Assembly: GCA_965204425.1 (NCBI GenBank)
Contig: OZ241990.1
Coordinates: forward strand, 587,686 to 651,685
Length of the DNA: 64,000 nucleotides
Reading direction: 5' to 3'
Origin: Dehalococcoidia bacterium
GTDB taxonomy: Bacteria > Chloroflexota > Dehalococcoidia > Lucifugimonadales > Lucifugimonadaceae
The translations under genes and the position numbers were made by a program. Positions 29,859 through 37,864 of the stretch are shown piece after piece. Within the stretch, counting starts at the first letter, position 1; each line of letters opens with the position of its first letter. The notes under the pieces are model-generated. The model saw only the letters and a program-made list of their open reading frames with translations, was not told the DNA's origin and searched no databases.

Positions 29859-30572
29859 TTAGAAATCCGGCTCCATACTGACGGATAGCCAGCCGATGGG
29901 ACCGCGGTCGTCGGCATACCAGAGCCGGTTGTCCTTGATGGTCATGCCGTGCACTTGGACGGGGTGCGGAACGCGGAACACGTCGTAGCAACGACCGTCC
30001 TCAATGCGTTGCCGGCACACAATGCCGAATGACGTGTCGGAGACCCACATGTGACCTTCCTCTTCGGCGAAGGCGATGCCGTGGACGCGGTAACCGGGAG
30101 CTTTGAAGCGGTGAACTTCCTTCCAAGTATCAGCCTCAACTACATGGACGAACTGAGAGGGAGGGGAAGCGATGTAGATGTGACCGTCTTTCCACTCGAG
30201 ACCATGGTCACCCGTGGGTTGAGCGGCGCGCCCCATCGAGTCGTCGAAATGCTCGCGCGTGGCGTTGATGCCAGCGCCCGGTGACGGGAACTTGTCGATC
30301 GTAGCGCCAGTCTCGCGGTCCACAACGAAGATGTCGCACGAATATGTCGAAGCGATCCAGACGTTGCCTTCGTCGTCCAATGTGATGCCGCTGGAGTGAA
30401 CGGTTTCGGTTGGCGCCTCGAAAAGAGTTTCGCCAGTCTGCCAATCGAGCTTATAGACGTTGTCGTTGCCTTGGTCGATGTACCAGAGACCGTCGTCTGC
30501 GGCCTGCAACCCATTGGGCTTTGGCCCAGGGGATACGAACATCGGAATGGGGTCGGCGACTTTATATGCCAT
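29859..30572 (-). CDS. beta-propeller repeat protein (NHL/SMP-30/glutamine-cyclotransferase-like; family not resolved)
   Basis: 237 aa with recurring blade-like motifs: GLWYIDQG, GNVWIAS, GHIYIAS, GHMWVSD, NRLWYADD. Confidence 0.45.
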   Translation of the reverse strand: MAYKVADPIPMFVSPGPKPNGLQAADDGLWYIDQGNDNVYKLDWQTGETLFEAPTETVHSSGITLDDEGNVWIASTYSCDIFVVDRETGATIDKFPSPGAGINATREHFDDSMGRAAQPTGDHGLEWKDGHIYIASPPSQFVHVVEADTWKEVHRFKAPGYRVHGIAFAEEEGHMWVSDTSFGIVCRQRIEDGRCYDVFRVPHPVQVHGMTIKDNRLWYADDRGPIGWLSVSMEPDF

Positions 30573-30616
30573 TTGGTTTGGCTCCTTTGTTTTCGTTCGG
30601 TTAATGCCTCAACATT

Positions 30617-30760
30617 TCAAAAGTCTGGCTACATGCTAACGCTTTGGAGACCGACGGGGCACGGCCTTCGCAGTACCACAAGACATTGTCTTTGATCGTC
30701 ACTGGGCATTTCGCACGGTAACCGGTATTTTAGGAATTCACCTGCTGCCTTGTAAGCCAT
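30617..30760 (-). pseudogene. decayed tandem paralogue of the beta-propeller gene
   Basis: My own translation gives MAYKAAGEF... (the intact gene starts MAYKVADPI). A shifted frame then gives GYRAKCPVTIKDNVLWYCEGRAP, versus VHGMTIKDNRLWYADDRGP in the intact gene. Back in the first frame it reads VGLQSVSM*PDF*, versus IGWLSVSMEPDF*. This implies a large internal deletion, a frameshift and a GAG>TAG nonsense change. Confidence 0.7.
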
Positions 30761-30803
30761 GGTGCGCAAATGTAGCTAACTTTAGCGACAATCAAACCCG
30801 CTT

Positions 30804-32018
30804 TTACAGATTGCTCTCTCGGATGACCGTTTGAGGATCGTTGACAAATGAGTCAAGCAGCGTCTGGCAAGCGCCGATCCCCTCAGGTGGCAAAGCGAAA
30901 CCGTTTTCGATTACCGGCAGTTGGTCAACGACCTCCAGGTACCAGGTGTTGTTGAACGCCCTCACGGTTTCTTGGATCAATGCGTTGGGTGCATTTAGTG
31001 AAAGATGCACCGAGAACATAAAAGTGACTGGCCCGACGCAGTCGTGTGGTGCGATCGGCATGTGATACGCCTCGGCCATCCCGGTGATGCGCTTGGCCTC
31101 CGAAATGCCGCCGACCCACGAGATGTCGAACATGCAGATCGTCATCGCCTGCTTCTCGAACATCTCTCGGAACGCCCAGCGCGTGGTGACGGTTTCGGAC
31201 GCGGTCACGGCGATATGTGTCGACTTTCTAAACTCCGCGAGAGTGTCGATGTTGTCCATCGGCACGGGGTCTTCAAACCAGAACGGGTCATAAGGTTCGA
31301 CATTCTTCGCGATACGGACCGCGGAAGGGAGGTTGTAGATCGAGTGCATCTCGAGCATAACGTCGATCTTGTTGCCGACTTTTTCCCGGATCAGTCGGAA
31401 TGGTTCGGTACACATCTCGAGATCGGGCCCTGAGATGAACTGGCCGTTAGATTTATTCGCGACCTGGTCAAAAGGCCAGATCTTCATGGCTGTGTAGCCC
31501 TCAGACAACAAATCGTCTGCAAGAGCGCCAGCATCGGTAAGGAAGGCCTGTTGGTCCTCGTATCTGTGCTCAGGACGATAATCGAGATCACCTGTTTCCA
31601 GTCTTCCGACGCGATTTACGCCATATGAGTAACCTGCGCAGGTGTTGTAGACGCGAATCGACGGTCGACTCAGACCGCCCAAGGCTTCATATAGCGGCAC
31701 ACCGGCGCGTTGGGCATATAGATCCCACAACGCCATGTCGATGGCGGATAATCCGCTCATGTCGGCTGCGCGAGCCAAGACTTTGCCGCCGTGACCGTTC
31801 AGCTTATTCCAATGCCAATCGAGTTGGGTCGCATCTTTGCCGAGCAGGTATCCTGCGCCGTCTTCGTGCACCCAGGCTTCAACCGTTTCGGGGCCGAATG
31901 CGGTCTCGCCCAGTCCGATTCGGCCATCGTCGGTATAGACGCGCACCCAGCTTATATGTGAAGCTGCTGGACTTCGAAGCGTTTCGATGCGAGTGACGAT
32001 CGGCGGTTTCTTTGCCAT
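30804..32018 (-). CDS. enolase-superfamily enzyme (mandelate racemase/muconate lactonizing family, acid-sugar dehydratase-like)
   Basis: MAKKPPIVTRIETLR...VRVYTDDGRIGLGE...; the C-terminal barrel region carries FEDP and PHD motifs. The ATG at 32018 is preferred over the track start at 32051. Confidence 0.85.
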   Translation of the reverse strand: MAKKPPIVTRIETLRSPAASHISWVRVYTDDGRIGLGETAFGPETVEAWVHEDGAGYLLGKDATQLDWHWNKLNGHGGKVLARAADMSGLSAIDMALWDLYAQRAGVPLYEALGGLSRPSIRVYNTCAGYSYGVNRVGRLETGDLDYRPEHRYEDQQAFLTDAGALADDLLSEGYTAMKIWPFDQVANKSNGQFISGPDLEMCTEPFRLIREKVGNKIDVMLEMHSIYNLPSAVRIAKNVEPYDPFWFEDPVPMDNIDTLAEFRKSTHIAVTASETVTTRWAFREMFEKQAMTICMFDISWVGGISEAKRITGMAEAYHMPIAPHDCVGPVTFMFSVHLSLNAPNALIQETVRAFNNTWYLEVVDQLPVIENGFALPPEGIGACQTLLDSFVNDPQTVIRESNL

Positions 32019-32144
32019 GTTGCAGTTTGAGAGCAGGTCGCGAGGCAACATTCAATTTACCACGCCGCAATCGGGTGCCGACTCGCATAGCCGTTAACGA
32101 TCAGGAATAGAGAATAGGTTGACGGATCGAATGTAGAAATTGAT

Positions 32145-33074
32145 ATGACCCTCGTCCAAGTAGCCACACTGTCCCTCATGCAGGGATTCACTGAGTTGCT
32201 TCCCATCAGCAGCAGCGGTTACATGGTGATCGCGACTTGGGTGCTTGGCTGGGATCAGCCTTCAGCAGCATTCGATGCAACGGTGCACTTCGGTTCGTTG
32301 GTGGCGCTCGCACTGTTTTTCCGGCGGGATTGGATGTTGATACTCCGTACCGCTCGTCAAGGTCGCAGTATTCCTTTAGGAGGAGACGATGATCTTTGGT
32401 CGATGCAGACCCTTGAGCGTTTTCGGAAGATAGGCGATGTGCGACGGCGATTGTCCATACGGATGTTTATGCCATCTCGCAATCTGCTCAAAGCGGTCGG
32501 CCTAGGATCATTGCCTGCGATTGCTATCGGAGCGGCAGGCTATCAACTTTTTACTTCCGATGCCTTTCGAGCACCTGAGGTGGCTGCCGGTATGTTCATT
32601 GTGACGGGTGGGGCATTGCTACTCGGTCACTACTTCGCCAATCAAAGGTTGACGGGTAAAGATCAGCGCGTGCGTGCGAAGGGGATCGATTACGCCGATG
32701 CCTTGATCATCGGATTCGCGCAGGCAGCGGCATTGATACCGGGGATTTCTCGCTCCGCCGCCACAATATCTGCGGGACTAACGCGCGGAATGCCTTTAGT
32801 GGTTGCAGTCCGCTTTTCGTTTTTGCTCTCGGCACCAGTAATCGCGATTGCTGCTGCTGCATCACTTTTTGAGGTGCTCGTTTCGCCGTCAGAGACGCTG
32901 CCGAAGTTAGATGAGTTAGCGATCGGATTTGTGATCTCTCTGGCAGCATCGTACGTCGCAGTCAACATGTTCGTCTGGCTCGTGCGACGATTGGGCACGT
33001 TAACGCTATGGCCGTTCGCGGTATTCACCGCGGCTACGGGCATGATCGTGCTGATGATCGTGTTCAGCGGCTGA
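32145..33074 (+). CDS. uppP: undecaprenyl-diphosphate phosphatase (BacA/UppP family), variant active-site motifs
   Basis: 309 aa. QGFTELLPISSSGY where the family motif normally ends in His, and PGISRSAATIS versus the usual PGxSRSGxTI. It also has an extra loop of about 45 aa (TARQGRSIPLGGDDDLWSMQTLERFRKIGDVRRRLSIRMFMPSRN). Confidence 0.8.
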   Translation: MTLVQVATLSLMQGFTELLPISSSGYMVIATWVLGWDQPSAAFDATVHFGSLVALALFFRRDWMLILRTARQGRSIPLGGDDDLWSMQTLERFRKIGDVRRRLSIRMFMPSRNLLKAVGLGSLPAIAIGAAGYQLFTSDAFRAPEVAAGMFIVTGGALLLGHYFANQRLTGKDQRVRAKGIDYADALIIGFAQAAALIPGISRSAATISAGLTRGMPLVVAVRFSFLLSAPVIAIAAAASLFEVLVSPSETLPKLDELAIGFVISLAASYVAVNMFVWLVRRLGTLTLWPFAVFTAATGMIVLMIVFSG

Positions 33075-33080
33075 ATCGCC

Positions 33081-33124
33081 AAACAAAAACCAACGGCCCC
33101 ATTCGCGAGAAACAGGGCCGTTGG
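33081..33124 (-). terminator. intrinsic terminator for the minus-strand dehydrogenase operon
   Basis: Perfect 10-bp stem CCAACGGCCC (33090-33099) / GGGCCGTTGG (33115-33124). On the minus strand it is followed by TTTTTGTTT. Confidence 0.7.
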
Positions 33125-33158
33125 CTTACTCTGAGAACCTGCGATCTGGGTTTCTCGA

Positions 33159-34235
33159 TTATCCGCTTTCAGGCAGCACCGCCATCGGCAGGACTTCGCG
33201 GGATGCCTCGAGCTTGGGTTCGAGGGATTGCATCCGGTCTCGACGCTTCAGCGAGCTCGCTACCTCAGGGTTTTGTCCGGCGGATGGCCAGTTGCCGCGT
33301 AGAACTGCGGCGACCTGCTGAGAGGCGCGCTGTCGGGCGAGCCATGCTGAGCGGGTCGATTGACCAGCCGAGTGCGGGGCGACAATCACATTGTCCATCT
33401 TCAAGAGCGGGTTGTCGGGGTCGACCGGTTCCTGTTCGAAGACGTCGAGGCCAGCACCGCGCATCTTACCTTCACGAAGGGCTTCGATAAGCTCAACTTC
33501 GCGGACGACACCGCCGCGGCACACATTAACGAAGTACGCAGTCGGCTTCATGCAGTCGAAATGCTCCTTGCGAATCAAGTGATGCGTCTCTTTATTGAGA
33601 GGGATCTGGACTGAGATGTAGTCCGAGCGCTCGAAAAGCTCGTGGAGCGAGAAGACTTGCTCGACGGCGTACTCCTGTGCGATCCAGGGCGGACAGTAGG
33701 GGTCGTAAGCGATGACCTTCATGCGCCAACCATTGAACATCTTGCGTGCCACCTGGCGACCGATGTTGCCGAGGCCGACTAGTCCAAGAACCTGCTGGTC
33801 AATCGGCTCGATGGGAGGGACATCGTCGCGCCCCCATTTGCCGGCCTTCGTTCTCTCGTTGTACTGAATGAGTTGCCGGTTCAGGCACAATATCATCGTC
33901 ACCGCTTGGTTCGACACCTCTTCCATGCACATCCCTGCGCCGTTGGTGATGATGATGCCCATCTCGTTGCAGACATCGGTATCGATCTGGTTGAAGCCGT
34001 GGGAGTAGACGGCGAGCACCTGCGCTTTTTCGGCAGCGCGAATGACCTGCTCGCCCTGGTAGGGCGTTGAGCGCATCATAAGCGCGTCCGCATCTCGAAC
34101 AAGCTCGATCGCTTCGCCTTCTGAATCTGGGTTCGCCTTCACGAACTCGACATCGAGATCGGCCATCTCGGCGCGTTCGTAGTCAAGGGGGTCGTCCTCG
34201 TCGACGCCCATGATCAAGACTTTGTGTTCGGCCAT
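33159..34235 (-). CDS. D-isomer-specific 2-hydroxyacid dehydrogenase (CtBP/PGDH-like), paralogue 1
   Basis: 358 aa. Motifs GLVGLGNIGRQVA, CRGGVV, GAGLDVFEQEPVDPDNPLLKMDNVIVAPHSAG. Confidence 0.85.
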   Translation of the reverse strand: MAEHKVLIMGVDEDDPLDYERAEMADLDVEFVKANPDSEGEAIELVRDADALMMRSTPYQGEQVIRAAEKAQVLAVYSHGFNQIDTDVCNEMGIIITNGAGMCMEEVSNQAVTMILCLNRQLIQYNERTKAGKWGRDDVPPIEPIDQQVLGLVGLGNIGRQVARKMFNGWRMKVIAYDPYCPPWIAQEYAVEQVFSLHELFERSDYISVQIPLNKETHHLIRKEHFDCMKPTAYFVNVCRGGVVREVELIEALREGKMRGAGLDVFEQEPVDPDNPLLKMDNVIVAPHSAGQSTRSAWLARQRASQQVAAVLRGNWPSAGQNPEVASSLKRRDRMQSLEPKLEASREVLPMAVLPESG

Positions 34236-34290
34236 TGCTAAGAGTTTCCTTTCGGAGATTGTTGCTGTCGATTTGGCTTTGTCTGAGGTT

Positions 34291-35352
34291 TTAGTGTCCC
34301 GCCATCATCACTTCCCACGAGATGGGGTCTTTGCGAGTTGGTGCGTGGTGTTTGACGTCCGGATTGATAAGCGACATCGGCCAGTAGCCTTCGGCGATGC
34401 GGATCGCTTCTTCGCCAAGTTGGGTATTGGCGCGTTCCCACGCGACCTCGCTATAGGAGGCATAGTGGTTTGTTACTGCCACGTTGTCCATCTTCAAAAG
34501 CGGATTGTTGGGATCGACCGGCTCCTGTTCGAATACATCGAGACCAGCACCAGCGATCTCGCCGTTTTGAAGCGCACGGATCAGCGCGGGCTCATCAACG
34601 ACAGGGCCGCGTGAGCAGTTGATGAAGTACGCCGTGGGCTTCATCGCCTTGTAGAAGTCGTCGCTGAACATGTGGTACGTGCCTTCATCGAGGAAGACGT
34701 GAGGAGAGACGTAATCTGAGCGTTCGGCGACTTCCTTCAATGTCGACACGATCTCGACGCCATACTCTTTCGCGTCCCAAGACGAGCGGTAGGGGTCAAA
34801 CGCGATGACATTGAGTCCGAAAGCCTGCGCCTTGCGGGCGACAGCTCGACCGATGTTGCCCAGACCTACGATTCCGAAGGTTTCTCCGGAAATGTGGCCC
34901 ATCGGGGGGAGGTATTGCCGCGTCCACTCGCCGGCCTTGACGAGTTTGTCGTGCAGGACGAACTTGCGGGCGCAGACCAGGAAGAGCATCATGGTCTGGT
35001 TGCTGACTTCCTCGGTGCCGAATGACGCGGTGTTGGAAAGGACAACGCCGTTTTGAGAAGCGGTGTCGAGATCCATACCGTCATAGCCGTGGCCGAACGA
35101 CACGAGGCCTTTGCATCGACCGTTGTTGCCCATGTGAGAGAAGAGCGAAGGGTCCCAGCCATGACCTTGATTGATCACACAGTCGGCGTCCTTCAACGCC
35201 TCGATCAACTCGCCTTCGCTGTGTCCCGAGTACGTCACGAACTCGGCGCCCCATGAGCGTGCGGCACGAGACTGCTGCTCAGTCGTGCTCGCGTCATGTG
35301 TATCTCCGCCTTGGGGGCCGAGATACAGAATTCTTGTTCCGTCACCTGCCAT
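34291..35352 (-). CDS. D-isomer-specific 2-hydroxyacid dehydrogenase, paralogue 2
   Basis: 353 aa. Motifs GIVGLGNIGRAVA, CSRGPVV, GAGLDVFEQEPVDPNNPLLKMDNVAVTNHYAS. Confidence 0.85.
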   Translation of the reverse strand: MAGDGTRILYLGPQGGDTHDASTTEQQSRAARSWGAEFVTYSGHSEGELIEALKDADCVINQGHGWDPSLFSHMGNNGRCKGLVSFGHGYDGMDLDTASQNGVVLSNTASFGTEEVSNQTMMLFLVCARKFVLHDKLVKAGEWTRQYLPPMGHISGETFGIVGLGNIGRAVARKAQAFGLNVIAFDPYRSSWDAKEYGVEIVSTLKEVAERSDYVSPHVFLDEGTYHMFSDDFYKAMKPTAYFINCSRGPVVDEPALIRALQNGEIAGAGLDVFEQEPVDPNNPLLKMDNVAVTNHYASYSEVAWERANTQLGEEAIRIAEGYWPMSLINPDVKHHAPTRKDPISWEVMMAGH

Positions 35353-35395
35353 GTGATGTCTCCTAGTGTTGGTTGCTAACGTGGAAGTTTAATTC

Positions 35396-36358
35396 TCAAT
35401 CTTCGGTAACGATGCTTTCTGGTGCCTCACCACGCCAAACTCGCTGCATGTTCGAGAAGGCGAAGTCGACACGCCTTGGGTAAGACTCCCAGCTCTTGCC
35501 CGCGACATGCGGTGCCACGACGACGTTGTCCATCATTAAAAGGGGGTTGTCTGCTTCGACAGGCTCGATCTCGAAGACGTCTAGACCTGCGCCCCAAATC
35601 TCACCGTTGCGCAACGCTTCGATGAGAGCGGTTTCATCTACTACCGGTCCGCGACACGTGTTAACAAGCAGTGCGGATTTCTTCATCAACCCCAGTTCAC
35701 GGGCACCGATGAGCTTGTGCGAGCCTGCATTCAAGTTGGTGTGGAGCGAGACAACGTCCGACTCCATCAGGAGTTCATCGAGTTCGACGCGTTTGGCGCC
35801 GTAGGATTCGGCTTTTTCGGAGCGGACGAGGTCGGTGTAGAGGGTTTCTGTCTCGAAACCGCGGAGCAAACGTGCGAGAGTCGAACCAATGCGTCCGGCA
35901 CCTACGATTCCTACAGTCTTGCCCAACAGTTCGTAAGAGTCGTAGCCATCGATTTCGGGACGCATCCAAGCGTCATCGCGGGTGTCGTTGTGTGCGATTG
36001 GCAGGTGGCGGTGGCACGCGAGGATGAGCGTCATCGCAAACTCCGCAACCGGGATGGCGTTTGCGCCGCCGTTATTGGCGACTGGAATGCCCAACTCTCC
36101 CGCGACCCGCAGATTAACGCCGTCATAGCCTGCGGAACAGAGCTGGACTAGTTTCAGGTTGCGGCCTGCACGCAGGATTTCTTCATCTACGCCGTGCCCG
36201 AACGCAAGGACGAAATCGGCTTGTGACGCGAGTTGCCCAACTTCATCCGCGTCGGTTTCGGCAGTGCAGACGTTAAGTTCATAGCCGTCGGGTTTCATCT
36301 CCTCGGCCATCTTCAACAACGGCAGGGCAGGGCCTGATAAAACCATCACATTCGGCAT
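35396..36358 (-). CDS. D-isomer-specific 2-hydroxyacid dehydrogenase, paralogue 3
   Basis: Motifs GIVGAGRIGSTLA, CRGPVV, GAGLDVFEIEPVEADNPLLMMDNVVVAPHVAG. The ATG at 36358 (MPNVMVLSG, preceded by AGAGGTG) gives a typical 320 aa. The track start at 36481 adds 41 aa. Confidence 0.85.
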   Translation of the reverse strand: MPNVMVLSGPALPLLKMAEEMKPDGYELNVCTAETDADEVGQLASQADFVLAFGHGVDEEILRAGRNLKLVQLCSAGYDGVNLRVAGELGIPVANNGGANAIPVAEFAMTLILACHRHLPIAHNDTRDDAWMRPEIDGYDSYELLGKTVGIVGAGRIGSTLARLLRGFETETLYTDLVRSEKAESYGAKRVELDELLMESDVVSLHTNLNAGSHKLIGARELGLMKKSALLVNTCRGPVVDETALIEALRNGEIWGAGLDVFEIEPVEADNPLLMMDNVVVAPHVAGKSWESYPRRVDFAFSNMQRVWRGEAPESIVTED

Positions 36359-36660
36359 TTGGTTTGCACCTCTGATTATGGCGTGCGTTGGATGCGCGTC
36401 TTCGACAGCAACGATGCGTATTCTATATCCGTCCTCAAGTTCGATTGACGTTGCGGATGTGGCTATCCTTTGCATCATCAAGCCACTTAGACAAGAAGAG
36501 CAAAACCGGCAATAGTGGCCCGAGTCTGGCTTCGTTGTATCGGTTCGCTACGAGTGCGATCAAGACCTCGGAGATTTTCGGCAGCTTGTTTGCCCTAATG
36601 AACTGATCAAAGACCCAAACAGACGAACGTGCACAACTCCATCGCATAACATTCCTCTCC

Positions 36661-37806
36661 ATGGATGCCCTCGACATCTTGGAGACGCTGTGCCTACAAC
36701 CGACCGTTTCCTATCATGAACACCGGGTTGCCCGTGAAATAACAGGGATTCTGGCCTCGAACCAAGTCAGCGCGCAGAAAGACCGGTGGGGTAATGTCCT
36801 CGCCCAACTTCCGGGCGACGAAACGATGCCTCCTCTGGTGTTCGTAGCCCACATGGATCACCCTGGGTTCGAAGCCATCGAAGTAATCGAAACCGATGAG
36901 GAAACCGAAACGATCATCGCCGAGCCCCGCGGTGGTCTTGGTGCTAGGGCGTACGACGTGGGAACGGGTGTTCGAGTAGTGGCTCGGAATGGATCTATGC
37001 TCCACGGCTACGTTGAATCTCACGGACCGTTGCGGCGCATGGGTAGGTTTGCGAGAACGGACCGAGTCGTGATTCGTCCGGAAACCAACGCATCGGTACG
37101 GAAGGCTTCTCATCTGACATATCCCGCTGGAGTCGTGTTAGATTTGCCGAGTTTCAGTGTGGACGGCGATTTAATCCGTGCCCGGCAGCTCGACGACCTA
37201 GCCGGATGTGCGACGATCTTGGCAGGTTTGAATCAGGTGCGAGCGGAAGGATCGAATGGACGACCGATCATTGGTCTGTTTACCCGTGCTGAAGAGGTCG
37301 GGCTGATCGGAGCGGCGTTGGCAGCGGGAGACGAGACCATCAACAAGGATGCGATAGTCGTCTCGGTCGAAACGAGCTTGAAGAGCGACATCGTCAAGCA
37401 AGGGCAGGGCATCGTGATCCGGGTAGGTGACCGAATGACGACGTTCGATCATGAAGCTGAAGCCGTCCTCCATCTTGCGGCGAATCGAGTGCACGAGCGC
37501 GCTGGTGAAGGCGAATTTAGGTTCCAACGCGCATTGATGAGCGCAGGTGGATGCGAAGCGAGCGCGTTCAAAGCCCATGGATACAAGGTCACTGGTACGT
37601 CATTTCCGCTCGGCGCTTGGCACAACACCGAGGACGATGGTTCGATCATTCCCGAATACATCCACACCGACGATTTCCGATCCGGCGTCGCGTTAATCAC
37701 CGAAGCGATGCGAGATCAAGGGCGTCAACGCCAAAACGACGTGTTGCGATACCTAGCTTCATTTCCAGAGACCGGTGCGATGCGGTTGCGAGAGACGCTC
37801 AACTAA
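36661..37806 (+). CDS. M42-family metallo-aminopeptidase (FrvX/cellulase-M-like)
   Basis: 381 aa. MDALDILETLCLQPTVSYHE...DRWGNVLA...LVFVAHMDHPGF. Confidence 0.75.
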   Translation: MDALDILETLCLQPTVSYHEHRVAREITGILASNQVSAQKDRWGNVLAQLPGDETMPPLVFVAHMDHPGFEAIEVIETDEETETIIAEPRGGLGARAYDVGTGVRVVARNGSMLHGYVESHGPLRRMGRFARTDRVVIRPETNASVRKASHLTYPAGVVLDLPSFSVDGDLIRARQLDDLAGCATILAGLNQVRAEGSNGRPIIGLFTRAEEVGLIGAALAAGDETINKDAIVVSVETSLKSDIVKQGQGIVIRVGDRMTTFDHEAEAVLHLAANRVHERAGEGEFRFQRALMSAGGCEASAFKAHGYKVTGTSFPLGAWHNTEDDGSIIPEYIHTDDFRSGVALITEAMRDQGRQRQNDVLRYLASFPETGAMRLRETLN

Positions 37807-37864
37807 CTGCGCGTTTCAGCGGATCTGAGATGGGTCAGACAACGCTGGATGTAACCTTTAATTC

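Noticed and set aside
36359-36481. 41-aa N-terminal extension of the third 2-hydroxyacid dehydrogenase (track start 36481)
   Set aside because: An internal ATG at 36358 with an upstream purine-rich site gives the canonical length and N-terminal strand (MPNVMVLSG). The extension has no counterpart in the two paralogues. It is not excluded.
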